A DNA stretch of 5,842 bases. It comes from Escherichia coli (GTDB taxonomy: Bacteria > Pseudomonadota > Gammaproteobacteria > Enterobacterales > Enterobacteriaceae). The position numbers and the translations under genes were made by a program. This document shows positions 5,152 through 5,842 of the stretch, piece after piece. The first letter of the stretch is position 1. Each line of letters opens with the position of its first letter. The notes beneath the pieces are model-generated. The model had not been told where the DNA came from. It searched no databases and saw only the letters and a program-made list of their open reading frames with translations. Where the stretch lies: assembly GCF_003334405.1 (NCBI RefSeq), contig NZ_QOWM01000032.1. The stretch is one strand, 5' to 3'.

Positions 5152-5842
5152 ATGAGACTTTTTATCGCAGAGAAACCCGCAGTAGCAAATGATATTGTTA
5201 AGGCACTTGGAGGCAATTTTACCCGCCATGATGGCTGGTTTGAAAGTGATAACGCAATTGTGACTAACTGTTTTGGTCATATTATCGAATCACAGCCACC
5301 GGAAAACTATAATCCCGAATACAAAGCCTGGAAGGTTGAAACGCTTCCTTTACGTCTTTATCCCGTGAAGTATCAGCCTGTTGAAAGTGCAGCAAAACAG
5401 GTTAAAACGATTCTCGAACTTATCAGACGTGGAGACGTGACTGAAATTGTTCACGCTGGCGATCCTGATGATGAGGGACAGCTACTTGTTGATGAAGTCC
5501 TGGAATATGCCGGCAACACAAAACCCGTAAAGCGCGTTCTGATTAACGACAACACGCTTCCGGCAGTGAAAAAGGCGCTGGCAAATCTTAAAGATAATCG
5601 TGATTTCAAAGGGCTTTACCTTAAGGCGCTGGCGCGTTCAGTTGCCGATGCCGTCTATGGCTTCTCCATGACGCGTGCTTACACCATTCCTGCAAAAGCC
5701 AGAGGATATCAGGGCGTTCTGTCTGTCGGGCGCGTCCAGACTCCCGTTCTTGGCCTGATTGTGAATCGTACCCGTGCTAACCAGAACCATAAATCCAGTT
5801 TTTACTACACCATGACCGGAGTTTTTCAGCGTGGTGCTGATG
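5152..5842 (+). CDS. topB: DNA topoisomerase III (type IA), N-terminal Toprim region. It is 3'-truncated by the window edge and absent from the supplied ORF track because no stop is reached.
   Basis: AAGGA at 5140-5144 lies 7 nt before ATG 5152. The translation [12 protein letters not shown]...CFGHI...[21 protein letters not shown]...[10 protein letters not shown]...[20 protein letters not shown] is nearly collinear with E. coli TopB ([12 protein letters not shown]...[21 protein letters not shown]...[20 protein letters not shown]). This includes the Toprim Glu and the DxDxEG motif. Confidence 0.96.
   Translation, partial: [230 protein letters not shown]

Noticed and set aside
1-5842. A search for CRISPR repeats, tRNA/rRNA-like sequence, IS terminal inverted repeats, transposase or integrase genes, and retron/DGR-like noncoding structure.
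   Set aside because: Noncoding space totals under 250 nt, and apart from the 2827-2860 hairpin it holds no repeats or structured-RNA-like segments. No ORF shows recombinase or reverse-transcriptase motifs.

Overview
All credible genes are on the + strand and tightly packed, with overlaps or gaps of 4-60 nt apart from one 81-nt gap. The window therefore reads as one long transfer-associated operon segment of a conjugative plasmid or ICE with a VirB/VirD4-type (MPF-T) system. From memory, and not checkable here, the gene content resembles IncX-type enterobacterial backbones. The order is as follows: a VirD4/TraG-family type IV coupling protein, probably cut by a few codons at the 5' edge; an outer-membrane-type lipoprotein; a small secreted Cys-rich protein that looks like the TrbM/KikA/MpfK family; an 85-aa orphan; a 16-bp stem-loop; a 2-TM membrane protein whose stop overlaps (ATGA) the start of a signal-peptide-bearing staphylococcal-nuclease-like thermonuclease; a very acidic 134-aa protein with a C-terminal zinc ribbon; a 70-aa hydrophobic protein behind a perfect Shine-Dalgarno; a 191-aa Cys/His-rich orphan; and the 5' part of DNA topoisomerase III (TopB), which runs off the 3' edge and is missing from the ORF track. 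No rRNA, tRNA, CRISPR array, transposase or IS ends are visible. The most interesting part is the block of AT-rich, unrecognisable genes (about 2550-5147) interleaved with GC-richer conserved genes (nuclease, topB). Within it, the membrane-protein/periplasmic-nuclease pair and the acidic zinc-ribbon protein are the best candidates for an undescribed exclusion, defence or anti-defence function. None of these functions can be established from sequence alone.
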